Part shown: piece by piece, positions 1 to 7,767 of the stretch
How the letters are laid out: every line of letters starts with the position of its first letter
How positions within the stretch are numbered: the stretch's first letter is position 1
Assembly (NCBI RefSeq): GCF_000023965.1
Contig: NC_013202.1
Location: forward strand, 990,001-1,022,000
Origin: Halomicrobium mukohataei DSM 12286
GTDB taxonomy: Archaea; Halobacteriota; Halobacteria; Halobacteriales; Haloarculaceae
Direction of reading: 5' to 3'
DNA length: 32,000 nucleotides
Notes under the pieces: model-generated
What the model saw: the letters and a program-made list of their open reading frames with translations, nothing else
Database searches by the model: none
Told to the model about the DNA's origin: nothing
Translations under genes and position numbers: made by a program

Positions 1-158
1 TTCATCGTCGCCCTTCCTCGCGAGCCTGCGGCTCGCTGCGGCGAGAGCTCCTCGAAAAACGTGGGCGAAAAAGACTCTCCGAGTCGCACCTCCGGTGCGC
101 TCGGAGTGAAACGCCTCGCTTCGCTCGGCGTATGCCTGACGCCACGAAGCCTTTCGGG

Positions 159-306
159 ATGGCCGACAAGAATCGAAATGAGGCCCTGCTGAGAGTAAGC
201 CCGCGAGGGCTTCGACTTCGAGGCGTGGAAGGCCGCCGAGCGGCTGGACACGTCTCGATCGACGATCAACCGTGCGCTGGACCGCGCTGACCTGTACGGT
301 CTGTAG
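159..306 (+). pseudogene. Frameshifted remnant of a small helix-turn-helix protein
   Basis: ATG at 159 opens one frame (MADKNRNEALLRVS...). The HTH-like tail AREGFDFEAWKAAERLDTSRSTINRALDRADLYGL* (199-306) is in another frame, directly behind TAA at 196-198, with no start codon of its own. One indel near 190-200 would join them. Confidence 0.3.
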
Positions 307-356
307 AGCGCGAGACCGTTGACTGGCTGTCGCGGCGAAAGAGATATCAAGCAGCT

Positions 357-371
357 GTATACAACGTATAC
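357..371. promoter_or_regulatory. Tandem GTATAC-N3-GTATAC (two self-palindromic hexamers) just upstream of the vapB ATG; candidate autoregulatory operator
   Basis: GTATAC at 357-362 and 366-371, ending 2 nt before the ATG at 374, downstream of an AT-rich GAGATATCAAG stretch (about 341-352). Confidence 0.4.
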
Positions 372-373
372 AT

Positions 374-589
374 ATGACCACGATTCGAGTCAACGACGAG
401 GTGAAGGAACGACTCCGAGACCTGAAACGGGACGACGAGAGTTTCAACGATCTGCTGGACCGTTTGAGCCGGAGCGAGAAGGACGTGGAAGCAATTGCCG
501 ACTCACTCCCGCCTGTCGACGACGAAGATATTGAGCGGATGGACAATGCGCGGGATCGGTTGAACGACTCGCTGGAGGAACGCCGGTAG
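374..589 (+). CDS. vapB: VapB-type antitoxin (small acidic DNA-binding protein)
   Basis: 71 aa, MTTIRVNDEVKERLRDLKRDDESFNDLLDRL... is typical of haloarchaeal antitoxins. Its TAG stop (587-589) abuts the ATG (590) of a PIN-domain gene. Confidence 0.75.
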   Translation: MTTIRVNDEVKERLRDLKRDDESFNDLLDRLSRSEKDVEAIADSLPPVDDEDIERMDNARDRLNDSLEERR

Positions 590-991
590 ATGATCGTCCT
601 CGACAGAGACGTTCTTGTGAAGCTGCGCAACTCCAACGAGACAGTCGTTCAGCACCTCCAGCAGTACAGCACACGCGAGTGGACGATCCCTTCACACGTC
701 GCCTGGGAATCGTTTCAATACCATAGCACTCGGGCGGAGATGCTACAAGAACAGCACCATCTCCGGTCGAACTTCGACAGGATTCTCTCCTTCACAGCCG
801 ATACAGCACTTGAAGCCGCCTACATCGATCAGAAGCTACAGTCACAGGACGTGACTCTCGACGCGGTCGACCTGCTGAATCTGGCGACCGCCCACGAAGC
901 CGGTGGGATGTTCGTCACACACAACAGGAATGACTTCGACAAGGAGCCGATTACGCAGTTAGCCGATGTCGACGTTGTACGCACCGAGTGA
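590..991 (+). CDS. vapC: PIN-domain ribonuclease toxin VapC
   Basis: 133 aa. N-terminal MIVLDRDVL (first acidic PIN residue), DAVDLLNLATA and THNRNDFD motifs. Coupled to the upstream antitoxin. Visibly lower GC than the core genes. Confidence 0.8.
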   Translation: MIVLDRDVLVKLRNSNETVVQHLQQYSTREWTIPSHVAWESFQYHSTRAEMLQEQHHLRSNFDRILSFTADTALEAAYIDQKLQSQDVTLDAVDLLNLATAHEAGGMFVTHNRNDFDKEPITQLADVDVVRTE

Positions 992-1050
992 ATATCTCGC
1001 GTCGGGAGAGCAGTACCCAGCGTAGGATTGCCCCGACACTGCCCGAATAG

Positions 1051-1257
1051 AACAGCAGTTCGGACGACGTGAGCGCCAACACGCTTCGCCACAGCGTTGC
1101 GTGGTGGATGCTCCAGGCAGCGGATGGAAACACGCTCTCCGACGTTCGAAACCGACACATACAGCCGACAGTATCAGTGCTGTCTGCCGATTCGACAGAG
1201 CAGAATCGACCGCACGACGGCGGCGATTGTCCGTCTGAGTGGACAAAGCGTTTGTAA
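1051..1257 (+). pseudogene. C-terminal fragment of a tyrosine recombinase/integrase
   Basis: NQQSDDVSANTLRHSVAWWMLQAADGNTLSDVRNRHIQPTVSV resembles the xTxHxLRHSxA ... LGHxxIxTT catalytic region of XerC/D-type integrases. Bounded upstream by TAG at 1048-1050, about 68 codons, no N-terminal domain, catalytic Tyr not recognisable. Confidence 0.5.
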
Positions 1258-1280
1258 CCGGGTACGGAAGTGTGGCAGAG

Positions 1281-2174
1281 ATGGTCAACACGACGAAGTT
1301 GCTCTTGGGTCTCACCTTCGTACTGGTGCTTTTGATAGTGGACGTGCTCGTCTCGTATTTCACTGGCACCCTGGGCGAAGGCGTTGCGACGTTTCTCATC
1401 CAGGCGCTCGGGACTGTTGCCACCCTCCTTTTCGTCGGAGCGACGTTTCTCACGGTCCGTCAAAACCGAAAGACGATCCAGGAGCTCAGAAAGGATCGAG
1501 AAAAGCAAGTCGTCATCGACGAACTCCAGTACGTCATCCAGCCCGCGATAGATCGCCTCGCCGGGAACATCGAGAAGCTGGAAGCGGGTTTCGTCGGCTG
1601 GAAACCCGGCGACCAAGCATTTCCAGCAGACGAGCAGTGGGAGCCCGAGGGTGGGCTTTCGATTCAGAAGCCCCTCTCGAAGACGCAGACGGACGAGGCA
1701 GCACTGTTGCGTTCGAAAGAGCGCCACCCGGAGTTACACTCGGAACTGGAGTCGTACGACACGACGGTCGATGACTTGACTGCGGCGGCACGTGACGTGG
1801 TGCGGACAGCTGGTCCCGAACTGACGGCAAAAGTCGAACGTGACGTGCCCCGGTTCGACTTCTCTCGGGGGAGCATGAGTGTCGACCCGCCGCGGCTTTT
1901 GTCGTATCTCTTAGACGGCGAGGGGCGGGAGTACCGAGACCTCCATACCGGCTGGTCGCAGCTACTCGAACAGCGCGGAGACGAATTCCGGGCGCTCCTC
2001 GACGAGGTTGCTCTCGAAGAGCGCCAGCAACTCCGCAACGAGAAGCGTCGAACGCTCGCCGAATCACGACGGCTGCGGTCCGATCTCATCGAGATACGGA
2101 ACACGCTCCAGGAGGAGTACGGGATCTCGGTCAACGAATTCACGCGGGAGAATCTCGTCGAGAGCGCCACATAA
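1281..2174 (+). CDS. Membrane-anchored (2 TM) protein with a charged coiled-coil cytoplasmic domain, unknown function
   Basis: ORF 1239-2174. ATG at 1281 (MVNTTKLLLGLTFVLVLLIV...) begins the hydrophobic segment; the alternative start is 1239. Two TM helices, then an acidic/Arg-rich helical region. I recognise no family. Confidence 0.6.
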   Translation: MVNTTKLLLGLTFVLVLLIVDVLVSYFTGTLGEGVATFLIQALGTVATLLFVGATFLTVRQNRKTIQELRKDREKQVVIDELQYVIQPAIDRLAGNIEKLEAGFVGWKPGDQAFPADEQWEPEGGLSIQKPLSKTQTDEAALLRSKERHPELHSELESYDTTVDDLTAAARDVVRTAGPELTAKVERDVPRFDFSRGSMSVDPPRLLSYLLDGEGREYRDLHTGWSQLLEQRGDEFRALLDEVALEERQQLRNEKRRTLAESRRLRSDLIEIRNTLQEEYGISVNEFTRENLVESAT

Positions 2175-2209
2175 CGACTACTGCAGCCGTCGAGATGGTC
2201 CGAACTGGC

Positions 2210-2235
2210 TGATACGGGCACCTGTCGTCCGGCAC
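2210..2235. repeat. Degenerate solo arm of the 81-bp palindromic repeat family
   Basis: TGATACGGGCACCTGTCGTCCGGCAC shares the ATACGG terminus and the TGTCGTCC core with the left arm of the copy at 22307. Confidence 0.3.
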
Positions 2236-2295
2236 TGACTACTTCCACCCCGGTTTGCGAACCTTCTTGAGCGAGGACGCACTATCTCGGTTCCA

Positions 2296-4917
2296 ATGGC
2301 TACCGGCGTCGACAACACCGAACTCACCGACGCGTTCGAGGAGTTCTACCGGGACTACTACCGCAACGAGATCGGTGAACTCGCCCAGAAGTACCCCAAC
2401 GACCAGAAGTCGCTGTGGGTCGACTGGGACGACCTCTATCGCTTCGACCCCGACCTCGCGGACGACGTGCGCAACCGTCCCGAGCAGATGCAAGACTACG
2501 CCGAGGAGGCGTTGCGCCTGTACGACCTGCCGGTCGACGTGAAGCTCGGCCAGGCCCACGTCCGCTTTCACGACCTCCCCGAGTCCGAGGACATCCGTGC
2601 GATTCGCCACGAGCACCACGGGATGCTCATCGCCGTCCAGGGGATCGTCCGCAAGGCCACCGACGTTCGGCCAAAGGTCACGAACGCCGCCTTCGAGTGC
2701 CAGCGCTGTGGCACCCTCACCCGGATTCCGCAGGTCGCCGGTGACTTTCAGGAGCCCCACGAGTGCCAGGGCTGTGAGCGCCAGGGCCCCTTCCGCCTGA
2801 ACATGGACCAGTCGGAGTTCGTCGACGCCCAGAAGATCCGTGTCCAGGAGTCCCCCGAAGGACTGCGTGGCGGCGAGACCCCCCAGGCCATCGACGTGAA
2901 CATCGAGGACGATATCACCGGCGAGGTGACCGCCGGCGACCACGTCCGCGTGACCGGCGTCCTCAAACTCGACCAGCAGGGCGACGACCGCAGCCAGTCG
3001 CCGATGTTCGACCTCTACATGGACGGGATCGACGTCTCCATCGAAGACGAGCAGTTCGAGGACATGGACATCACCGAGGAGGACAAGAAAGAGATCATCG
3101 AACTCTCCAACGAGGACGACCTCTACGACAAGATGGTCGGTGCGATCGCGCCCTCGATCTACGGCTACGAACGCGAGAAACTCGCGATGATGCTCCAGCT
3201 GTTCTCCGGGGTGACCAAACACCTCCCGGACGGCTCTCGAATCCGTGGCGACCTCCACATGTTGCTGATCGGTGATCCGGGTACGGGGAAGTGCCTCAGC
3301 GGTGACACTCATGTGACGCTCGGTGATGGCTCTGAGGTTCCGATTCGAACGCTTGTGGAAGACAACCTCGACGACCCAAAACCCGTCGATGATGGCGTTT
3401 GGGACACTGTCGACTTCGAGGTGCCATCGTTGCAGGAAGATGGGACTATTTCCCAGCAGCAGGCAACGAAGGTCTGGAAGCGTGAGGCACCGGAGCAGCT
3501 GTATCGGATTCGGACGGCGACGGGACGAGAACTCGATATTACTCCGTCACACCCGTTGTTTGTGCAGTCTAACGGTCGGTTCGAGGCTGTGAAAGCCGAA
3601 CAGCTGACAGCCGGGCAGATGATCGCGTGCAAGGGCAATAACGACGAGACCGAACACGGGCAGAGCACCGTCGCAGCGGACGGTGGGGTAGTCACTGCCC
3701 AAACTGATCGAATCGAATCCATCGAGCCAGTCGAACCGGAGGACGAGTGGGTTTACGACCTCGAAGTCGGGGGAACACACAACTACGTCTCCAACGGCGT
3801 CGTTTCCCACAACTCGCAGATGCTCTCCTACATCCAGAACATCGCACCACGGTCTGTCTACACCTCCGGGAAGGGATCCAGCAGCGCAGGCCTTACCGCA
3901 GCGGCTGTGAGAGACGACTTCGGCGACGGCCAGCAGTGGACGCTGGAGGCGGGCGCGCTCGTGCTCGCGGACCTCGGGATCGCCGCTGTCGACGAGCTCG
4001 ACAAGATGAATCCCGACGACCGCTCCGCGATGCACCAGGCCCTCGAACAGCAGGAGATCTCCATCAACAAGGCCGGGATCAACGCGACGCTGAAGTCCCG
4101 GTGTTCCCTGCTGGGGGCGGCCAACCCCAAGTACGGCCGGTTCGACCAGTTCGAGCCCATCGGCGAGCAGATCGATCTCGAACCCGCGCTGGTCTCACGG
4201 TTCGACCTCATTTTTACGGTGACCGACGAGCCCGACGAGGAGGAAGACCGGAACCTGGCGAGTCACATCATCCAGACGAACTACGCGGGGGAACTCCACA
4301 CCCATCGCGTGGAGAATCCCACCTCGGACTACAGCCAGGAGCAGGTCGACGCCGTCACCGAGGAGGTCGCGCCGACGATCGAGCCGGACCTGTTGCGAAA
4401 GTACGTCGCTCACGCGAAGACGAGTTGCTTCCCGACGATGACCGAGGAGGCAAAGACCGAGATCGAGGACTTCTACGTCGATCTGCGGGTCCAGGGGACC
4501 GACGAGGACGCCGCGGTGCCGGTGACGGCCCGAAAGCTGGAGGCGCTGGTCCGTCTCTCCGAGGCGTCGGCGCGGATCCGACTCTCGGACACGGTCGAGA
4601 AAGAGGACGCCGAGCGGGCGACGACGATCGCTCGCTACTGCATGGAGCAGATCGGCGTCGATCCCGAGACGGGCGAGTTCGACGCCGACGTTGTCGAGAC
4701 CGGCACCTCGAAGAGCCAGCGCGACCGGATACAGAACCTCAAGGGAATCATCTCCGACATCGAGGAGGAGTACGACGAGGGCGCGCCGGTCGACGTGGTC
4801 GTCGAGCGAGCGGAGGAGGTCGGAATCGAGGAGTCCAAGGCCGAACACGAGATCGAGAAGCTCAAGCAGAAAGGCGAGGTGTACGAACCACGGACCGATC
4901 ACCTGAGGACGACGTAG
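2296..4917 (+). CDS. mcm: MCM replicative helicase, intein-containing precursor
   Basis: 873 aa. Zn motif CQRCG...CQGC, Walker A GDPGTGK/S interrupted by the intein, Walker B VDELDKM, arginine finger SRFDLIF, C-terminal winged-helix-like tail. Confidence 0.95.
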   Translation: MATGVDNTELTDAFEEFYRDYYRNEIGELAQKYPNDQKSLWVDWDDLYRFDPDLADDVRNRPEQMQDYAEEALRLYDLPVDVKLGQAHVRFHDLPESEDIRAIRHEHHGMLIAVQGIVRKATDVRPKVTNAAFECQRCGTLTRIPQVAGDFQEPHECQGCERQGPFRLNMDQSEFVDAQKIRVQESPEGLRGGETPQAIDVNIEDDITGEVTAGDHVRVTGVLKLDQQGDDRSQSPMFDLYMDGIDVSIEDEQFEDMDITEEDKKEIIELSNEDDLYDKMVGAIAPSIYGYEREKLAMMLQLFSGVTKHLPDGSRIRGDLHMLLIGDPGTGKCLSGDTHVTLGDGSEVPIRTLVEDNLDDPKPVDDGVWDTVDFEVPSLQEDGTISQQQATKVWKREAPEQLYRIRTATGRELDITPSHPLFVQSNGRFEAVKAEQLTAGQMIACKGNNDETEHGQSTVAADGGVVTAQTDRIESIEPVEPEDEWVYDLEVGGTHNYVSNGVVSHNSQMLSYIQNIAPRSVYTSGKGSSSAGLTAAAVRDDFGDGQQWTLEAGALVLADLGIAAVDELDKMNPDDRSAMHQALEQQEISINKAGINATLKSRCSLLGAANPKYGRFDQFEPIGEQIDLEPALVSRFDLIFTVTDEPDEEEDRNLASHIIQTNYAGELHTHRVENPTSDYSQEQVDAVTEEVAPTIEPDLLRKYVAHAKTSCFPTMTEEAKTEIEDFYVDLRVQGTDEDAAVPVTARKLEALVRLSEASARIRLSDTVEKEDAERATTIARYCMEQIGVDPETGEFDADVVETGTSKSQRDRIQNLKGIISDIEEEYDEGAPVDVVVERAEEVGIEESKAEHEIEKLKQKGEVYEPRTDHLRTT
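3292..3813 (+). mobile_element. Mini-intein (174 aa, no homing-endonuclease domain) inserted in the MCM P-loop
   Basis: GDPGTGK|CLSGDTHV...TPSHPLF...VYDLEVGGTHNYVSNGVVSHN|SQML. Cys1, TxxH block B, terminal HN and +1 Ser. Excision restores GDPGTGKS. The codons are visibly richer in A/T third positions than the exteins. Confidence 0.9.
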
Positions 4918-5190
4918 ATGGACCGCATCTCAGCACTCCGGAACGTCGAGGACGCACTGGCTCGCTTCGAACAGGGGGAGTGTTCGCTGACCGATCTCGA
5001 AGCGGAGGTCCGGGGCGTCTTGCGAACCTACGCGACCGACTTCGACGGGGAGTTGCAGGCCTACCGCGCGGACGGCGGCGACGCCGACGGCGTCGTCGTC
5101 CTGGCGAGTTCGCGCCCGGACGCCCGCGACCGAGTCCAGGCGCTCGTCGAGTCGCCGGGCCGCTTCGAGGTGACGCCGGTCGATCCCTGA
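4918..5190 (+). CDS. Small acidic conserved hypothetical protein, coupled to mcm
   Basis: 90 aa, good GC3. The ATG abuts the mcm TAG stop (TAGATG at 4915-4920). Confidence 0.6.
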   Translation: MDRISALRNVEDALARFEQGECSLTDLEAEVRGVLRTYATDFDGELQAYRADGGDADGVVVLASSRPDARDRVQALVESPGRFEVTPVDP

Positions 5191-5238
5191 TCTGGCAGTG
5201 GAAAGGGATTTGCGGGTGTAGTCCCTGTGGTTCCGGTA

Positions 5239-5799
5239 ATGCAGTCCGTGATCGACCGGTTGGACGGTGTGACGACGCTCCTGCTCTGTGGGTCGTGTGC
5301 GCGGACCGACGAACTCTGTGGGCGACTGCTGGCCGAGGGCGGTGCTGCGGGCCGGACGGTGCTGTGGGTCTCTTTCGGGCAGTCGCCGTCGGAGTGTCTC
5401 GACGACACGGTCGCGGCGGACGCCGATCGTGCCGTCCTCGCGGTCGGCACGACCCCGGCGGGCGAGCGAGACGACGACGTCACCGTCGAGGTGATCTCGA
5501 CGCCCAGTGACCTCGCGGCGCTGGGGATCAAACTCAGCCAGTTCATCGCGGAGACCGACGGCGAGCTGACGGTGTGTTTCGACTCGTTGACCGAGCTGCT
5601 CGGCCACGTCGCGGTCGAAACGGCCTACGAGTTCCTGCACACGGTGACCCGACAGTGCTACCTCGCGGACGCTCGGGCCCACTTTCACCTCGATCCGGCG
5701 GCCCACGACGTACAGACGGTCGCCTCGATCACGTCGCTGTGCGACGCTCGTGTCGACCTCGACAGCACGCCGCCGGTCCGCGTTCGAAACGACCGCTAG
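5239..5799 (+). CDS. RecA/KaiC-fold protein lacking a P-loop (probably an inactivated ATPase)
   Basis: First ATG in ORF 5227-5799. LLLCGSCARTDELC sits where Walker A is expected. LTVCFDSLTELLGH mirrors the Walker-B strand RVVVDSTMLLQH of the in-window KaiC-like protein (21200-21898). Confidence 0.55.
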   Translation: MQSVIDRLDGVTTLLLCGSCARTDELCGRLLAEGGAAGRTVLWVSFGQSPSECLDDTVAADADRAVLAVGTTPAGERDDDVTVEVISTPSDLAALGIKLSQFIAETDGELTVCFDSLTELLGHVAVETAYEFLHTVTRQCYLADARAHFHLDPAAHDVQTVASITSLCDARVDLDSTPPVRVRNDR

Positions 5800-5804
5800 T
5801 CCGT

Positions 5805-5813
5805 AAATTTAAA
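5805..5813 (+). promoter_or_regulatory. TATA box (AAATTTAAA) for the 5839 operon
   Basis: AT-rich box 26-34 nt upstream of the ATG at 5839, which fits a leaderless transcript. Confidence 0.5.
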
Positions 5814-5838
5814 CACTGAAAGCGAGGATCGTGGGCGT

Positions 5839-6174
5839 ATGTTCCTCGTGATCACGTACTCGCGGTCGGCACGGTCGTCGCTGCGCAACGTCACGCGGGC
5901 CCACGAGGAGACGACTGTCCGGCAGTTCGGCCGCGCGGCACTGCTCGCAGGGACGGCCTTCGGGGCGTTTCAGGCGTGTCGGCTCCGCGAGAAGCACGGA
6001 CGGGACGTACAGGTCGAACGCGTCGAGCGGTTCGTTCCGGCGGACGTGCCCGCCGACGTTCGCGAGGCTGCCGAGGCCTACGAGGACCGCGACCAGCCGT
6101 CGGTTCCCTATCGCCAGTTTTCCGTCGGGACCGACCACCCCGGGCCGTCGGCGCTCCGGGAGCGAGACCTGTGA
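5839..6174 (+). CDS. Hypothetical protein, first gene of the MinD-associated operon
   Basis: 111 aa (MFLVITYSRSARSSLRNV...). Its stop overlaps the next start (GTGA at 6171-6174). Confidence 0.6.
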   Translation: MFLVITYSRSARSSLRNVTRAHEETTVRQFGRAALLAGTAFGAFQACRLREKHGRDVQVERVERFVPADVPADVREAAEAYEDRDQPSVPYRQFSVGTDHPGPSALRERDL

Positions 6175-6968
6175 TCGTCCGGACGGCAGACCGAACGTGG
6201 TGTGGCAGCGTCGCGGACCTCCGGGCGACCGGCGTCTCCAGCCACCAGGTCGCCGATGCCGTCCGCGGCGACGACGCCCCCTGTCGCGTCCACTGTCCCC
6301 CACCGGGACCGCTCTTCGACCGCGTGGGACACGTCCACCCGGAGATGGGACTCCGGGTCCGGCCGGCGCTCGCGGTCGCCGCCAGGACTCGCGGCCTCAC
6401 GCCACCACAGGCCGACGAGATCGAGCGACTGCGGGCCGAGCGAGACGAGATCGACGTGGACGAGCGGGTGCCACAGCACGCGACACCGCCCGAAGACGAT
6501 CCGGCGGCTCTCGAAGAGCGCGTCGCCGAACTCCGCGGTCGGATCTCGGCACTGCGAGCTCACGATCTGGACGCCAGCGACGAGCGGGCGGCACTGCGTG
6601 AGGCTGCCGCGCGGCTGTCGGAGGCACAGACGACCCGTCTCGCGGCCGCACAGACCCGGCAGGCGACACGCGAACAGCGAGATCGACGCCAGCGTCGCCT
6701 CCGCCTCGACGACCGGATCGCCAACCGCGAACGCGACGCGCGCTCGTGGCTGGTCGAGCGCGTCCGCGGGCCCTACGAACGGGCCGTGTTCGCGCTCGAT
6801 CCCGGTGCCGACCCGTTCGACTGTGACCCGACGACCGCCGCTCTGGCGATCCTCCGTGTCGGGACCCAGCGAGGGCCGGTCGTGCTCGCGACGGAGCAGT
6901 TTCCGACGCCGGCCGCCGCGGCCGCCTGGGTCGAGGGACCAGTCGTCGCCTGCGGTCCGGACGTTTAA
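6171..6968 (+). CDS. Hypothetical protein with a central Arg/Glu-rich coiled coil, second gene of the operon
   Basis: GTG start at 6171, in frame with ORF 5976-6968 and overlapping the upstream TGA. Strong GC3 bias from 6171 onward. 265 aa. Confidence 0.6.
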   Translation: MIVRTADRTWCGSVADLRATGVSSHQVADAVRGDDAPCRVHCPPPGPLFDRVGHVHPEMGLRVRPALAVAARTRGLTPPQADEIERLRAERDEIDVDERVPQHATPPEDDPAALEERVAELRGRISALRAHDLDASDERAALREAAARLSEAQTTRLAAAQTRQATREQRDRRQRRLRLDDRIANRERDARSWLVERVRGPYERAVFALDPGADPFDCDPTTAALAILRVGTQRGPVVLATEQFPTPAAAAAWVEGPVVACGPDV

Positions 6969-6970
6969 AT
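6964..6970 (+). promoter_or_regulatory. TTTAAAT TATA-like box overlapping the stop codon of the 6171-6968 gene
   Basis: Lies 24-30 nt upstream of the ATG at 6994. Possible internal promoter. Confidence 0.35.
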
Positions 6971-6993
6971 CGCGTGACGGGGCCACCGACCGT

Positions 6994-7767
6994 ATGGTTT
7001 CGGTGGATGCGAGTGCGACGGCAATCGACGGTGTGACGCTCGTGACGGTCTCGCTGGCCAGCGACGGGCTCGCCCGTCGGGTCCGCGTCGAACAGCGACT
7101 CGACGGTCCGGTCTGGCCGCCCCGCTGTGAGGGCGAACCCGAGCCCGGCTGGGACGAGTCGGGGTACGAGGGCGTCGTGCCGGCCGACGGACGGCTCGCG
7201 CTGGGATACGCGACGCCGGCACCACCGGCTCGACAGCCGGTCGCGGTCGAGGAACGCGAGGTCGTCCCGGACGCGGAGGACGCCGCTGGCGAGGACGCGA
7301 CGGCGGTCCTCCAGCGGCTCGGCGATCCGTCACCGCCCCGTGATGGGGTGCCCGCACCGGCGGCCGTCCGGGCCGACCCGCGTCCCGACTGTGACACGGC
7401 CCCGGCGGTCGAGGAGACGCCGGACGATCCCGGTCACGTCCCCGCTCCCGAGCAGCCCGCGGGCGACGAGTCGACGGAGCAGACAGTGCCGGACCGACGA
7501 GCGGGCTCGACAGATCCGGTGACCGACTGGCTCGACGGCGTCGAGGAGCGGGTGACGACTCTCGAACGACTGGACGCCGTCGAGACGGTCCCCGAGGCGA
7601 CGACGACCCTCCAGTCGACGGGTGGACTCGCGCCCGGCCGGCGAGCAGCCCGCGCGTGTGGCGCCGACCGACGCCGGCTCCTGGCGGTCGCAGACCGAGC
7701 ACGCAGGCTCGCAGATCGGATCGAGGCGACCGATCCGCCGCTGTCGTCGCTGGAGCGACTGGCATGA
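6994..7767 (+). CDS. Hypothetical protein: N-terminal beta-rich domain, acidic Pro-rich linker, C-terminal helical domain; third gene of the operon
   Basis: ATG at 6994, in frame with ORF 6202-7767. 257 aa. Its stop overlaps the minD-like start (ATGA at 7764-7767). Confidence 0.6.
   Translation: MVSVDASATAIDGVTLVTVSLASDGLARRVRVEQRLDGPVWPPRCEGEPEPGWDESGYEGVVPADGRLALGYATPAPPARQPVAVEEREVVPDAEDAAGEDATAVLQRLGDPSPPRDGVPAPAAVRADPRPDCDTAPAVEETPDDPGHVPAPEQPAGDESTEQTVPDRRAGSTDPVTDWLDGVEERVTTLERLDAVETVPEATTTLQSTGGLAPGRRAARACGADRRRLLAVADRARRLADRIEATDPPLSSLERLA

Noticed and set aside
1130-1165. TTCGAAA-containing stretch as a possible tRNA T-arm or att remnant
   Set aside because: The flanking bases do not form a T-stem and no acceptor or anticodon arms can be drawn. 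It lies inside the integrase-fragment reading frame.
2175-2295. Possible replication origin (ORB repeats) next to mcm
   Set aside because: There are no repeated ORB-like elements, no AT-rich unwinding region and no adjacent orc1/cdc6 gene.
2239-3312. 357-aa minus-strand ORF overlapping the mcm 5' half
   Set aside because: It is antisense to MCM, which has unambiguous motifs, and its sequence is low-complexity (V/L/D/G-rich).
3747-5510. 587-aa Arg/Gly/Pro-rich plus-strand ORF, with similar long ORFs at 6108-7397(-), 6202-7767(+, upstream part), 6965-8017(-), 10146-11219(-), 14688-16211(-), 19306-20532(-), 23786-25099(-), 25844-27139(+) and 30445-31332(-)
   Set aside because: These are out-of-frame or antisense to genes with recognisable domains. 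They have the extreme Arg/Pro/Gly content typical of non-coding frames in GC-rich DNA, whereas haloarchaeal proteins are acidic.
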